The translations under genes and the position numbers were made by a program. This document shows positions 26,361 to 39,966 of a DNA stretch of 64,000 nt, one piece after another. The notes under the pieces were generated by a model, which had not been told where the DNA came from, ran no database searches, and saw only the letters and a program-made list of their open reading frames with translations. Location: positions 26,722,001-26,786,000 of the forward strand of contig OZ024743.1 of NCBI GenBank assembly GCA_964016885.1. The letters are read 5' to 3'. The stretch is from Eledone cirrhosa. Lineage: Eukaryota. The stretch's first letter is position 1. Every line of letters begins with the position of its first letter.

Positions 26361-26966
26361 TGGTGGCTGCCAACTCATTTTCGAGTACGGCCACTACTTT
26401 ATATCCATGTAGGAGAACCCCTACTGATGCGCTGAACGAGTGTGACTTTTTAGTCCAGCCAGCGACTTGAAAACTCTGGTACAAACATGACACCTGTGAC
26501 AATTATTGACACATAGTGCTGGGCCCATGGTACCATGTGACGACAAGTGCAGAGAGATCTCCAGATATAAAGCAATGCCTGTGCCGTGAAGCTTTTATAG
26601 TGAGCAAAGGCACTACACAAAGCCAGTCCCACTCTCTTAACCAAGATGATATTTACCAAAAAGAACAAGTCAACATCATTGGATACCATCAGGGTTGCAG
26701 GTGTTATATCAGAGTTTTCCTTCTCCTAGAATTCTGCCTTGACAAAGGCTAAGGGGTCATCTCTCCCGGTGATTTTGGATGGCCATTGACTCTTAAGAGC
26801 TCCTTTTCCCTTTGACAGGTTTTGTTTTTAGTCCTGCAGGATGTCCAAAGTCACCCTCCTCACCAAGAAACCTTGGTGGGGTTGCCAGTTTAGTCGCCAA
26901 CGACCCGACCATGAGACAGGTTGTACTGGGATACATGTTACCAGTAGCACCAACTGGTGACCTGAC
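26361..26966 (-). mobile_element. Non-autonomous bipartite RTE-derived element (copy 1)
   Basis: About 600 bp, near-identical to 57751-58327. Carries the RTE-5'UTR-like AGAAGGAAAACTCTGA and a 3' C2H2 remnant [22 protein letters not shown]. Embedded in TA arrays. Confidence 0.65.
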
Positions 26967-27367
26967 ATATACATATATATATATATATACATACATTTAT
27001 ATACATACATATATACATATATATACATACATATATACATATATACATATATATATACATACATATATACATATATACATATATATATACATACATAGAT
27101 ATATATACATACATACATATATATATATACATATATACATACATACATATATATATATACATATATACATACATACATATATATATATATACATATATAC
27201 ATACATACATATATATATACATATATATATACACACATACATAAATACACACATATGCATACATATATATACACATATATATATACACATATACACAGAC
27301 ATACATAAATATATATACATACATACAATATATTAACAAATGGAAACTATATTTATAAAACCATATT

Positions 27368-27433
27368 TATTTTATTATACATATTTCAAGGGCCACCAAA
27401 GCAAACTATGGTGCGCTTTCATCAGATAAAATA
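27368..27433 (-). ncRNA. Type I minimal hammerhead ribozyme (mirror copy)
   Basis: Exact reverse complement of 27531-27596 within the palindrome; sense to the MADD pre-mRNA. Confidence 0.8.
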
Positions 27434-27530
27434 TAATATAGGTTAGTTTTATAAATAAATATTGACATACCCTTATGGTTGCATTTTTTAAGGGTATGTC
27501 AATATTTATTTATAAAACTAACCTATATTA

Positions 27531-27596
27531 TATTTTATCTGATGAAAGCGCACCATAGTTTGCTTTGGTGGCCCTTGAAATATGTATAATAAAATA
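27531..27596 (+). ncRNA. Type I minimal hammerhead ribozyme
   Basis: Helix I TATTTTAT/ATAAAATA; CTGATGA 27539-27545; helix II AAG..CACCA/TGGTG..CTT; GAAA 27577-27580; helix III TATGTA; AUA triplet, cleavage predicted after 27588. Confidence 0.8.
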
Positions 27597-27870
27597 AATA
27601 TGGTTTTATAAATATAGTTTCCATTTGTTAATATATTGTATATTTACTCCAATAATTTGTTGAGTGCTTTATATCAGTTATAAAAATATTTAGCTTGTAT
27701 CCCAACAAATTAAATATAACCTCTACATATACATACATACATACATATATATATATACACACATACATAAATACACACATATGCATACATATATATACAC
27801 ACACATACACAAATACACACATATGCATACATATATATATACACATATACATACATATATATATACACAT

Positions 27871-27917
<47 letters not shown>

Positions 27918-27976
27918 TAAATATATATACACATATACATAAATATATATACACATATATACATACATATATAGAC

Positions 27977-28017
<41 letters not shown>

Positions 28018-28019
<2 letters not shown>

Positions 28020-28566
28020 AGTATGTATACGTACATACATATATGTATACAGACGTACAGTAGTATGTATATATATATATATATACATGCACACATATAT
28101 ATATGTACGTATGGATTCACCGAACATTTTTTATAATGCTCGGTGTGTTTGTAAACAAACATCCCGAATTAAGCCGTACAGTGTCTAGCAACCATCGTTG
28201 CTCATTTGTTCAACACTGACAAAGGAACGCTGTACTAGTTTCAAGCTTATTAGCTATCGTCAGCAACGTATACCTTCCTGCCAGATGGTTGAACGTCTGA
28301 AAGTATATACTTTCCTTATGCATATTAACAGCTGAGCAGTCTAATTTGCATATCGAGTGAGTTAATCGGCCGGGGTACCGAAAACGATAAATGGAAAAAA
28401 TGAAACAAAATTTCATTTCTCACTCTTAGTACGGCTGTTACTTAAATATAAGTATGTATACGTACATACATATATGTATACAGACGTACAGTAGTATGTA
28501 TATATAAATATATATATACATACATGCACACATATATATATGTACGTATGGATTCACCGAACATTT
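28018..28566. repeat. About 110-bp direct repeats flanking a unique 320-bp CpG-containing segment
   Basis: taagtatgtatacgtac...ggattcaccgaacattt at about 28018-28129 and 28449-28566. Confidence 0.85.
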
Positions 28567-28657
28567 ATTATTTAAAAGGTAAACAGAAATAACAACACAA
28601 TTGCTACAGTATATGGAAGGAATATATTAGGTTAATGTTTAGAATAGCAGGAAGAAG

Positions 28658-28682
28658 GTTTCGGACGCTAGTCCTTCATCAG
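28658..28682 (-). ncRNA. Isolated hammerhead-like core
   Basis: CTGATGA-A-GGAC-TAGC-GTCC-GAAAC; helices I and III not recognisable. Confidence 0.35.
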
Positions 28683-28772
28683 AAGAAAGAATGAGAAATT
28701 AGATAGATTGAAGGGACGGGCGAGGTGGAATTAGATAAATATAACAGGTCCACATATATATACATAAAAGCT

Positions 28773-29120
28773 GACCTTGCCCAATTGCACCTCTCAAAGG
28801 TGATGACACAGGACTGTGACCTCTGGCGTCACGCAGTAATACAGAAGACCCAACTTCCCACGGGCTGAAGCTGAAGCATCTAGACAATATACCTCCACCT
28901 CCTCCCACTGCAAAGTGGTCGTGGAGGTGAAAAAAGCACCCAGCACTCACTGTAAATGAGGTTGGTGTTAGGAAGGGCATCCAGCTGTAGAAATCAAGCC
29001 AGAATCAGTTCGCGTATGAGCAAGACAAGGTAACCCGACCTGGCACTGCCCACAACAGAAAAACCCATCCAACCCATGCTAGCGTAAAGAATGGATGTAA
29101 AACGGTGATGATGATGATGA
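28773..29120 (+). mobile_element. RTE 3' fragment (second subfamily)
   Basis: Similar to 41460-41930 and to the reverse of 58541-58880; (GAT)n tail. Confidence 0.75.
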
Positions 29121-29609
29121 TATACATACATATATATATACACATATATATATACATACATATGTATATATACATACACATACATATATATATATATACA
29201 TACATATACATACATATATATATATATACATACATATACATACATTTATATATATATATATATTACATACACATACATATATATATTTGAAAGAGTTTCT
29301 TTTTCAATAACTAGAGCTCAGCTGCCATGTCCCGACGCTTTATGATATAATCATTCACTACTACCCCAAGTATCAAGTACTTTGTTGAGTAATGGTCTAA
29401 CCAGTTTCAAACTGAATCCATCCTGATTTATATATATATATATATATATATAATCATCATCATCGTTTAATGTCCATCTTCCATGCTAGCATGGGTTGGA
29501 CAGGTTTGAGGCAAGATTGGTCGGGTGACCGTTTCATGCTCATAAAGAACTGTTTCTGGCAGGTTTTCTACTGCTGGATGCTCTTCCTAATGCTAACCAC
29601 ATGTATGCG

Positions 29610-29674
<65 letters not shown>

Positions 29675-29707
29675 GTGTGTGTATTTATATCTATATATCT
29701 ATGGATA

Positions 29708-29761
<54 letters not shown>

Positions 29762-29804
29762 TATACATGCATATATATATATAGACACACACATATATAT
29801 ACAT

Positions 29805-31935
29805 GATGGCTGCAAACTCTGCTAAGAGTATTGCAATCGTTTGTTTGATTCAGATGTGTGATGCTCGGATATGGCTTTTCAAGCCTGCTAAAGACTTGCA
29901 CTCCTTCAAACATTAAAGACAAATTTCAGGAAACCAGCCAGCCACCTGATAACATACCAATCAGGTGAACACACAAGCCAAATTGATTTCTTACTTGCAA
30001 AACGATGAAATAAAATGACTGTAATATATACTAAAGCTTTCCCTGAGGAAGAATGTGCTATCCAACACAAGTTAGTTATAAGTAACATCAGAATATACAC
30101 AAGACAAAACAAGAATATGCAGGAAAACATGGAGATGGAGTGTTTGGAAGCTAAAGGACCTTTCGGTTATATTTAGGTTTAGAAAGATACTATGAGATGT
30201 ATTTAATGAGAGGGTGATGAGCTAAATACTTATAATTTAGAGGACAATTGGAAATTCTTGCATGACAACATTTTGCAAACTGATGAGACTTGTGGCTGGA
30301 GTAAAGCACCAGCCAGACAGAGGGTGACCTGGTGGTCGAACATCATAGTGGATAGAACCATTAAAGCCAAGAGACAAGTGTGGAAAGACTAAAAGAATTT
30401 GAATAGCAGAAATCGGTACCAGTTAGTTAAGAGAGAAACTAGACGACAGATATAGAGGCTGAAAATAGAAAGTTTTCCAATGTCCTGAGACATGAGGATC
30501 AACGATGTGAAGTGTTCCATATTGCAAGGCAGTGTGTCAGTGTGAATAGGGATGTTGCTGGGGAAAAGTTTGTTAGAAATAACACTGGTGCACTTAGTAC
30601 CACTGATGCTCAAAAGAAAGTGACCTGGAAAAGTTACTATGAGGGACTGATGAATGCAGAAAATGAATGGGAGGAAGAGAGACCACCCCATCTTATCCAA
30701 CAGAAGGACCAGCTATTGAAGTTAACAGTTATAGAATCAAAGAAGCAATCAAGGAGTTGAAAAATGGTAAAGTTGTGGGACCATCAGAGATAGTTGCTGA
30801 TCTATTATCTAGTGGCCCTTAAGGAAATTAGATGAAGAAGAATGGCTTGTGAGAGCAGTGCAAGCCATGTACAGAGGTCAGTAATGTGAGAGTAGGAAGT
30901 GAGTTTAGTGAGGAATTCAAGGTACAGGTTCATCAGGTTTTGGTTCTTAGCCCACTACTATTCATCATAGCTCTCCAGGCTATACCAGAGAAGTTTAAGA
31001 CTATCTGACCATGGGAACTTCTTTATCCAGATGATTTGGTCCTTATAATCATATCTATAAAAGAACGAGAAAATAGGTTCCGACTATGGAAACAGAATTT
31101 TGAATAAAAACTTACGCAAAACTGAAGTGCTAGTAAGTAGGAAAGAAGATAGTAGCCTGATTCCCCCAGGGAAGTGGCTCTGCTCAATAAGTAGAAAAGG
31201 AGTAGGCATAAACTCTATATGATGTACACAATGTAAATTTTGGGTACACAAGAGATGTAATGGGATAACAAGTAGACTAACAGGAAGGGAAGAATTTGTA
31301 TATAGAAGATGCACAGGGGTAACTGAGGAGAAGAGTGTCAGTGATATAAACGTTTTCCAATCACAGGAAGGATCCATAGAAGTGGTTGATAGCTTCTGCT
31401 ATCTAGGTGACTTAAAAAGCAGCAGAGGAGGGCGCTCTGAGAGCATAATAGCTAGAATAAGGATAGGTTGGAAGAAGTTTAAAGAACTACTCCCACTATT
31501 GACAACAAAAGTTATTTCCCTACATACAAAAGGATGACTGTTGGATGCCTATAGGACATGCAAAGACGGAAGAGAAACGAAGCAACCATATTTCGTTGGA
31601 TGTACAATGTAAATGTGAGAGAAAGGCAGAGCTTGGATGAACTGAGGGAGAAATTGTGTTTAAGAAGAATCTGAAGTGGTGAGCATGAGAGAAGACTGCA
31701 TTGGTAAGACATGTGATGCACATGGATGATGAAATCCTAGTGGAGGGAAGCTACAGTGACAGCAGACCAAAGCGGACCTAGGCAGAGGTGGTGAGAGTGG
31801 ATCTAAAATTGGTGAGACTCGCAGAGGAGATGATGAAGGAATGTGGTGAATAGAGAGATGCTATGCTGAAAAAGACCCATGTACTGTCCAATATATGCAA
31901 GTATGGAAATAAGGATATAAAAACGCTGATGATGA
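29805..31935 (+). mobile_element. Old, internally deleted RTE LINE
   Basis: Degenerate APE, FHIARQCVSVNRDVAGEKFV, RT and PHD-region remnants, colinear with 60325-63871; many stops. Confidence 0.85.
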
Positions 31936-33149
31936 TATATATATGATGGACTCTTCAAGATATGAGGATCCAAACAACTTAAATATATATTGATAATTAA
32001 GAAATAAGATGAGCTAAGAGAAATAATTAAAGTGGGTCCATGACATGAATTTAAATAAGTTAAGAGGTGATGTACTGAATGGCATACAGAAAACATATTC
32101 TTTAATTGAAACTTCTTACTTAGAGAGAGGAAAGAAAAGCATCTAGTGTTAATTGAAAGATGATCTCAAAGTAAAGGAAAACAATATCAGGAAATTATGA
32201 ATTAATGTCACTTTTCAGTGTCTATGAGACTGGAGGAGGTAAGTATTATCTTAAAACTGGTGAACTATCCAGTTATTGGTGTTAAACTGGGATGTGGATT
32301 AAATCTACCGCTCAAGTGAGTGACACCAAGATTTAAACTCAGCCAGTAGAAATCCTCCAAGGAACCCTTTCTGATGCTCTAATGATTCTGCCAGTCTATT
32401 GCTTTAGACAGGTATTCATTTCTTGACTCTGGAAAGAAGGCAGTCAATGTTGACCTTGCTGGGATTGAAATCAAGATGCAATTAGTTAGAATAAATATTG
32501 GAAGTCCAACACTCTTATGAGACTGTCAATTTACAACAAAGAGGAAAATTGGATCTTTGCTGGCAAGCAAAGGTAGAACTATGAACATGTTTTGATTTTA
32601 TTTGACCCATCAGCATACTATAATATACTCAAGCTAGCTCTGATTAATTGACAATATTTTTTATATGGAGAAAAAGGGTTAAGGACATTTTTAGCCAGAA
32701 TAATTTACATAATTAAAAAATAAAACAGGCATTTAAAAAAATGTTTTAATTTTGCAAATTACACTGGCCAAAAATCTTTTAAAGTATTTTTTATTTGTAA
32801 AAAGTATAGTCAACTGATCAAAGCAAGATAAATAGAGCATACTATATTGATGATATTCATTTTGACTGTTATTAGTTGTCTCTTTGAAAGCAAACAATAT
32901 TTTCCTCAAAGCATATAAATTAATTTAATTCCCCTTTTCTTTGAGAGTTGTTAACAGTTACCACAAAGTTATTGTTTTCTTTCGCTAAGAGGAAAATTCC
33001 AATTGAGAGCTTTTTCATACATCATTCAGTATATAATCCTCTAAATTATATATATATACACATTTACATAAACATGTGTATGTATGTGTGTGTATATATA
33101 TATAAATAAATACACACATTTATATATGCATTAATATATATATATATAT

Positions 33150-33258
<109 letters not shown>

Positions 33259-36200
33259 CATACATATTTACATATGCATTAATATATTTATATATATATA
33301 TAAACACACACATATTTACATATGCATTAATATATATATATATATATGTCGTTTTTCTCTAATTAAAAGTGGGAACAGTTAATTTCATAAATTTTTGCAA
33401 ATTAGCAAAAGTAAGCATATTTTGATATTTACAACATAAAATTCATATTCTTCTGGGACATCATCATTCTGAAAATTATTTATACTAAATTACTATATAT
33501 TTATCAGACTAGCTATGGAAGAGTTGAAAAGCAGCCACTGATATATACAACATGCAATTGAAAATACAGAAAATGTACTCTACAGGACAAATATACAGCA
33601 GTAGATCCACATCAACAATACTAATTACTATTTGCAATAGGTTCAATAGTACCAAGCACTCTAAGTTAGAAAGATGTCTATTCTAAAATATAAAACTAAA
33701 AACTAATTAAACCAATATATTGAAAAATATCTAGTAAAGAAGTACTTTCGTAATTATTTTAAATATATTGAAAACAAAATTGAAATTTTGGAAATGATAA
33801 TGATTATGTGAATTGTAATGAGAGCAATAGTATCAATGGAAGCAATTAAGTATAATGTAGTCTTTCATTTTCCCCAACAAGTATTCACCTGCTTAAGTTT
33901 AAGCTGAACATTAATTACATCGTTATGGCCAATTTTGGAATACCTGGCAAGGTTTCTGGACACTAATCATATCTTGTAGACAATAATCAAAATTACAACT
34001 CCCTCTGAACAAATATCTTTTACATATTTATATATTTGTGCCATGAATATATTTTACACACTTCTTACATAAGTTTTGACAAATCATAAGAAAACTAGTA
34101 TCCATTATTATGCATTTCAACATTGGAGAAAAAATATAATCATCATCATTAACATTACCATTAGTTAATTATTTATTCATCCATTTTACTGTCGGAGAGA
34201 TTAGTCTGCAAAACAGTATTAAGATTAATAACTGCTTTCAGAATCATCTTGTAAAAACTGATATAATAATTTGATTCCAAGGTATCTTTAGGGGAACTTA
34301 GCTTAGCTACCTTCTCTCTACCCATCACCTATCTTACACCAATTCTAAATGTTATATATTTATAATCCTCAAATATTATTTGAAAAAAATCACATTAATG
34401 CATCATAAATATCTAATTTTATTACTAGTAACTAGTTTACAGAATGAGCTATTTCATAGATCAATAAATTCTGTCAAGCTGTTTGTTTCTGCAGTTGCCA
34501 CAGGCTAACTTTGCTACAATCACCTTCAAGCTTTAGTCCCTTACAAAATGTTTTTCGTAATGTATCAGTTTTTACCTAGCAACTGTTAATTACCAAAAAA
34601 TCTCTATATCATCAGCAGGTGGTATAGAGATTTTTGTGGAGCTGATGATGTAAATGATTCAATAAAGCTATAACAAAATTGAACTTTAAAGTTCAGGTTT
34701 AGAAGAGTTGTGAGTAGTTTGCAGGATAAAATTACCGTAGTTTGATATTTGTGAAATGTTAAGATTTACTATGTAGCTGAAAAGTTTATTTGAATGAAAA
34801 AATTAGATGAGGAAAAGAAAAAATTAAAGTAACTACGAAAATAATTAAACTTTGTAATTATTTTAGTAGTTTTTTAAAACTATTCTATTAGTTGAAAATA
34901 CGTTTTCAACATATGCAAGAGTATTAGTTTTGCAGTTTTGTATAATAATATAATTCAGAAGTTTTAAAATTACTATAGATTGGATTTTACCTAACTTAGT
35001 AATCAAAATGCCAATCTAAGTACTGACTAGATTAGGAATGGGTGCCCATTTTTGATCAGTGGGCTGCAAAAGATATGCAAGATATGGTCCATCATAAAGT
35101 AGGCTGCACTATTAAAAAGAAATTCAAGATAATTTTGAAATTAAGTAGGTCAGTCAGAAAGCCAAAAAGGTTGCATGTGGCCAGCAGGTCAGTTTGCCCA
35201 TGTCTAGACTAGATAATTATTCATAATCAAGTATGTACATATATTTAGTGGTAAGTAACTAAATGGAGTACAACGAATGTGCAGATTATAGTTTCAAAAT
35301 TTGTCAGAGATAATGTTTTGTGTCATAAAACTATATCATTTGCTCCACACATTAAAAAGAGGTGTGCCATTTGAAACATCTCCAGAGTATGAACAAGATA
35401 GAGGTGTTAATGTAAAATGTTAACATTAATAAGAATTTATGAATATATAAGATACATAAACATTCTTAGTTTATTTGGATAATAATTAGGATCTAAAAGT
35501 GCGAAAAATTTATCATAGAAATAGCACAAAAATTTAAAACCAATAAAAAGTAGTGTTTCAAGATAATGAGCAGAAACTTTTAAAGTAATAGAATGATGTC
35601 CACATTAGTCAGTAGAATGGAATGAGGTTTAGGCTCAATACTATTGATAGAATATGCAACCAAAAGATGCAGATGATGTGCCATCTAAAGTAGACAGTAA
35701 CAAAAATTTGACTATTCGAGTGCAAACATATATCGGTGCATACAGAAAAGACTTCAGTCTGAAACTTTTGTAGAAATATAATTTATATGGAGTGGAGAAG
35801 TATATGTGTCAGAGTTTAAGTTATGCTTAAAATAGTGCAATTATAATTGTGAAAGGAGTTGGCATGGTTTAAATAAACCATGATGACGATTCTGATGTCA
35901 TGAAAATAAAAAAGACTTCTAATGATTGGAGATGAGTGACTTGAAAAGACTGAGTGTTTGGGATGAAAAACTAGTCAGGTATTTTGAGTTTTATGAAATA
36001 TTTTCAAAAATATTTCTACAGATAAAATTATCTGTCATTAGTTAAATGTTTGTCATCAATCACAAATGAAAACTGAGAGAGAGAGAGAGAAGAGGGAGAT
36101 TAATGAGCACTTTCATTATTGTTTTAAGGGAATAAAATAGTAAAATAAAATTACTGTAGTGTAAATTTCTATACAAACAATAATAAGTAATTTTAAGTAT

Positions 36201-36484
36201 CATGTTAAAATAACAATTTTGTTACAAAAGAAATATCTCAAAATAGATATTCTATTTTTTATAAATTTTAGACTAATCTTATCAAAATAGACAGAGCAGT
36301 AATGTCCTTGTTGTTATACACAAACTCCAAGAAATTCTCCACCCTGCCAAAATTAAAAAAGTGCTAACTTAAATATGGAAATGTGCTGAACAAAGTTCAC
36401 AACAAAATTAAGTCCAACATTCTTAATGGTCAATTTGTGGGTACATTTTGTAAAGATAGTAAAAAAGTTTCTCTCCTGATTTAA

Positions 36485-36737
36485 CCCTTTTAATACCAAA
36501 CCACCTTAAACTGCTTTTAGTTTTATGATACAAAACTGTTTATTTTAAAGTGTTGAAATATATCTAAAATTCTATCATAATTTTATGTAAGAAGCTTTGA
36601 TAATTTATGTTCCAAACACCACCTTAATTGCGGGATAGTTAATTATATCACAAAAACCCTTGAAATTCTTGATTATTTTGAAAATTATATTTAAATTATA
36701 GGTAGTGTTTTTCATGAGCAATATGGTAATGAAAGGG
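36485..36737. mobile_element. piggyBac-type MITE
   Basis: TTAA|CCCTTTTAATACC...GAAAGGG|TTTA. Confidence 0.65.
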
Positions 36738-39175
36738 TTTAGGAGTAAAAACATTTCTACAATGCTCCATATCTTTATCAGTAACTTATTTAAAAATCTA
36801 AACCTACACAAACCCTGTGGATTTAATGATAATCCCCAACAAATCCTGAATTATTTCATTCTCATATTAGTATATTAAGCAGCAATAAGCCAGTTGATAA
36901 AAAAAATATAAGGAATCTTTTGTGAATTATACAGCAGCAAGGAATTTGGTAAATGAAAGAAACATAAAACTATGCAAGTCCTCAGAAAATGTTCAACAGA
37001 AGTGTGTTATTCATAGTCTCTGAATAGTACTGTAAAATTTGTGTATTCATTAGAAAGACACTCCATTGCTATCCTTATAAATATTATTTTAGCATGCCTA
37101 TAATAATGTGTTACATCATAGCCAGTGGTGGATTTGTTTTTGGTCTGGGTTGACTGAGCTGAAGCTAGGGACCCACGATATTTAAATCACCTCAAATTAA
37201 TTTTCTGATACTATAATATATTATGTCTAGATGAAATTTTCAGCCAGGGATCCCATGGATGCTTAATCTGCTTCTGATCTTAGCAATGATAGCTTGAATA
37301 TATCTGCTTATCTACAGTCAACAAAAAATCACAATTTAGAACTTATTCCCTCAAAACTTTGCTAATGAAGTAGGTATGATAAACCTTGTAATTCTTAACT
37401 CTCTGGGATTTTGCATTAAATTTTGTATTTTCTAACAATGACATAGAAATTACAAACATAAAAATCAAATATATAAAATATTTAAGTTAATGTTTTGTTG
37501 TTAGAAAGTTATCATAGATATTTTATCTAATTTGTTTTCTAAAAAATAAAAAAATAAAATTTCATTGAAAGTTTCAACAATTACCAAAACATTTGATTAA
37601 AATGTAGTCAAATTTAACATTCATTAAGATATAATGCTGAAGATTAATGTTACAATAAAAATGAATGAGTGGAAAATGAGAGCTGGTGAGATAACAAATA
37701 ATAAAAACAATAAAAGAAAACAAGAAAGAAATGAAACATTACTGTCTACCTTATGTGTAATATTTACTACTACTTAAATATTGATCTTTCACATGGTTTG
37801 AACAAGTTGTTTTAATGCAAACGCTCATCATGTCATCTGTTTCAAAGATTGCTTTCAAAATATAAACTTCCAGCCCTGCTATTTATAACAGAGACACCTA
37901 ACTTTACTTCTTCATAAAAGCCAAATTAAAAAGAAAAATGACTTTTATAAAGATGTTCTTATCAAGTTGAAAATATTAAGTAAATGGCTTAACTTCTGAT
38001 AATTAACATATGTACATGCAAAGAAAATAAAGGTGTTACTCATGTAAATTAAACATTTAGTTGCCAGAAATGTTGAATAGTATATATTATTAATAGTTGT
38101 TTATGGTGGAATTTCAGAACAATATTGCAATGATAATAATACATTTTTTCCTCAGCTAACTAAGATAAAAGAAACTTTTTAGAAAGTATTGGGAATTTTT
38201 CATTGTTCTCAAACATAACAAGTTTTATATAAATAAAGGATACACTTTTAAACCTAATAATTTTTCATTAATAATATAGATGAAGATTTCTAGAAATGTT
38301 AATAAATGTATATAACAGTTTCTCTAATTAGCCATATCTATTAAATTATAATGGTTATTTTCATATTAAATATTTAAATGGCAGGAATATCTTGATTTTT
38401 TATGTTTTGTGTTAATATAACTGGTAATAACTAAAGAGTTTACTGTTTGTTTAATTTTAATTCTGTTTAGTAGTTTTAAAATAATTTGACAATATGTCTA
38501 AGATTTTCCCAAGAGTTCTATAAAGTCATCAAAGTTTTGTATCAGATAAGACAATTAAGCCATTAAGAAGACACTTTCTCATTAACAATTGAAGCAGAGC
38601 CTCAAATACTACAAACATTTATTAATAAATTTATTAATCAAGATATCCCATTTTTATAGCCTTAAAATTTTCAACTTGCAATGAGGAATAGATATTAATT
38701 CATATCTTGTTATGAAAATTATCATTATTTACATAAATCAGATAGGAACCCAGACCTTTAAACTAGTGAATCACTACTAAAATGGTGAAACTAAAGGTAA
38801 TTATCACGTTATGGAATCCACAAGTTTAACAGTTTTATATAGCATAAAATTTCATTTGCCCTAAAGCAGAATATCTTTTAAATAATACACAATAAATAAG
38901 ATTATCTTCAATTAAGTAACTTTTCCTATATTAAGTTTGCATTATGAGTTCAATTTAATAAATTGAATAATGTCATGCAGATACATTCATCAATACTCCT
39001 AATATATCAAAAGAATCACATTTTAAATCAATAATCTATTCAATAACATCATTTACTCATATAATGAAGAGCTTTGCTTTAGTATCTATATATAAGTGAC
39101 CTTCAGGCATAATTTAGTGCTTAAAAGCTGCCTACAAGCATTCTAGAGCAAGTAAAACAGTAGCATGCCGCATAC

Positions 39176-39284
39176 CAAGGGCAGCCACCATGTGCTCCTC
39201 ATGCAAGCTTCTGGCCTCAGGATTTTGGGGTGAGTCCTCACCTTTCGATGAAAGGCTTTCTCTGCTTCCATAAGGGGATGAAAT
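39176..39284 (-). CDS. MADD: MADD internal exon
   Basis: ttcttcag|ISSPYGSRESLSSKGEDSPQNPEARSLHEEHMVAAL G|gtatgc; EARSLHEEHMVA resembles MADD DTRSLKEENFIA; phase 0 to 1. Confidence 0.85.
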
Positions 39285-39522
39285 CTGAAGAAAAATGCAA
39301 AAGTATATATTAGTGAAAATTAACATAGTTAAATATTGATTCATTACAAGAAAATATATTTTTTCTAAAAAGACAAAAAAAGAAACATGACTTCACTTTT
39401 AAGAGTAGGATAGGGTTTAAGAGAAATTTGGCTGCTATTTTTAGCAGGTCAAGTGACTAAGTTGTTATAATAAAATTGCCATGAGCTAGTGGCAGAAGAT
39501 GTCAGTGATAAAGGAAAGAAAA

Positions 39523-39705
39523 ATAATTGTTTCTACTTTAGGAACAAGGCCAGCAATTACCCAGTGCATTACTGGTACTTTATTTTATCGACCCCGTAAG
39601 GATGAAAGGCAAAGTCAACCTCGGCGGGATTTGAACTCAGATCGTAAAGGGACGTAACTATGCTGGAAAGCATGGCGTACGACCCTCTACCGATACTGCC
39701 AATCC
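39523..39705 (-). mobile_element. Meta-type tRNA SINE
   Basis: Near-identical reverse copy of 24702-24891; flanking repeat AAAGAAAAATAAT (TSD). Confidence 0.85.
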
Positions 39706-39966
39706 AAAGAAAAATAATATTTGTGAAGATGTAGTTAGATGGAATATGAGAAAGTTAGTTCTCATATAAGTTGGTTCAAGATTGAGCCACATAATTTTAT
39801 TAAACTATTCCTAGTATGAAACAAATGATGCATGACAATAAGGCTAAATAATGTTAAAATATTCATGTATACTATGTAAAATATTTTTTTAAATTGTGAA
39901 AAAGATAATATGGAATTCATATACCTATAAAAATAGAATATAACATTTTGCTGAAATATTACTTAC

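Larger units (their letters stand above)
27323..27641. repeat. Perfect 153-bp inverted repeat with 13-nt loop
   Basis: Arms 27323-27475 and 27489-27641 are exact reverse complements. Confidence 0.95.

Noticed and set aside
33889-33965. Possible exon ending ...VQLKLKQ|gtgaat
   Set aside because: No convincing acceptor or polypyrimidine tract, no MADD similarity, uncertain phase.
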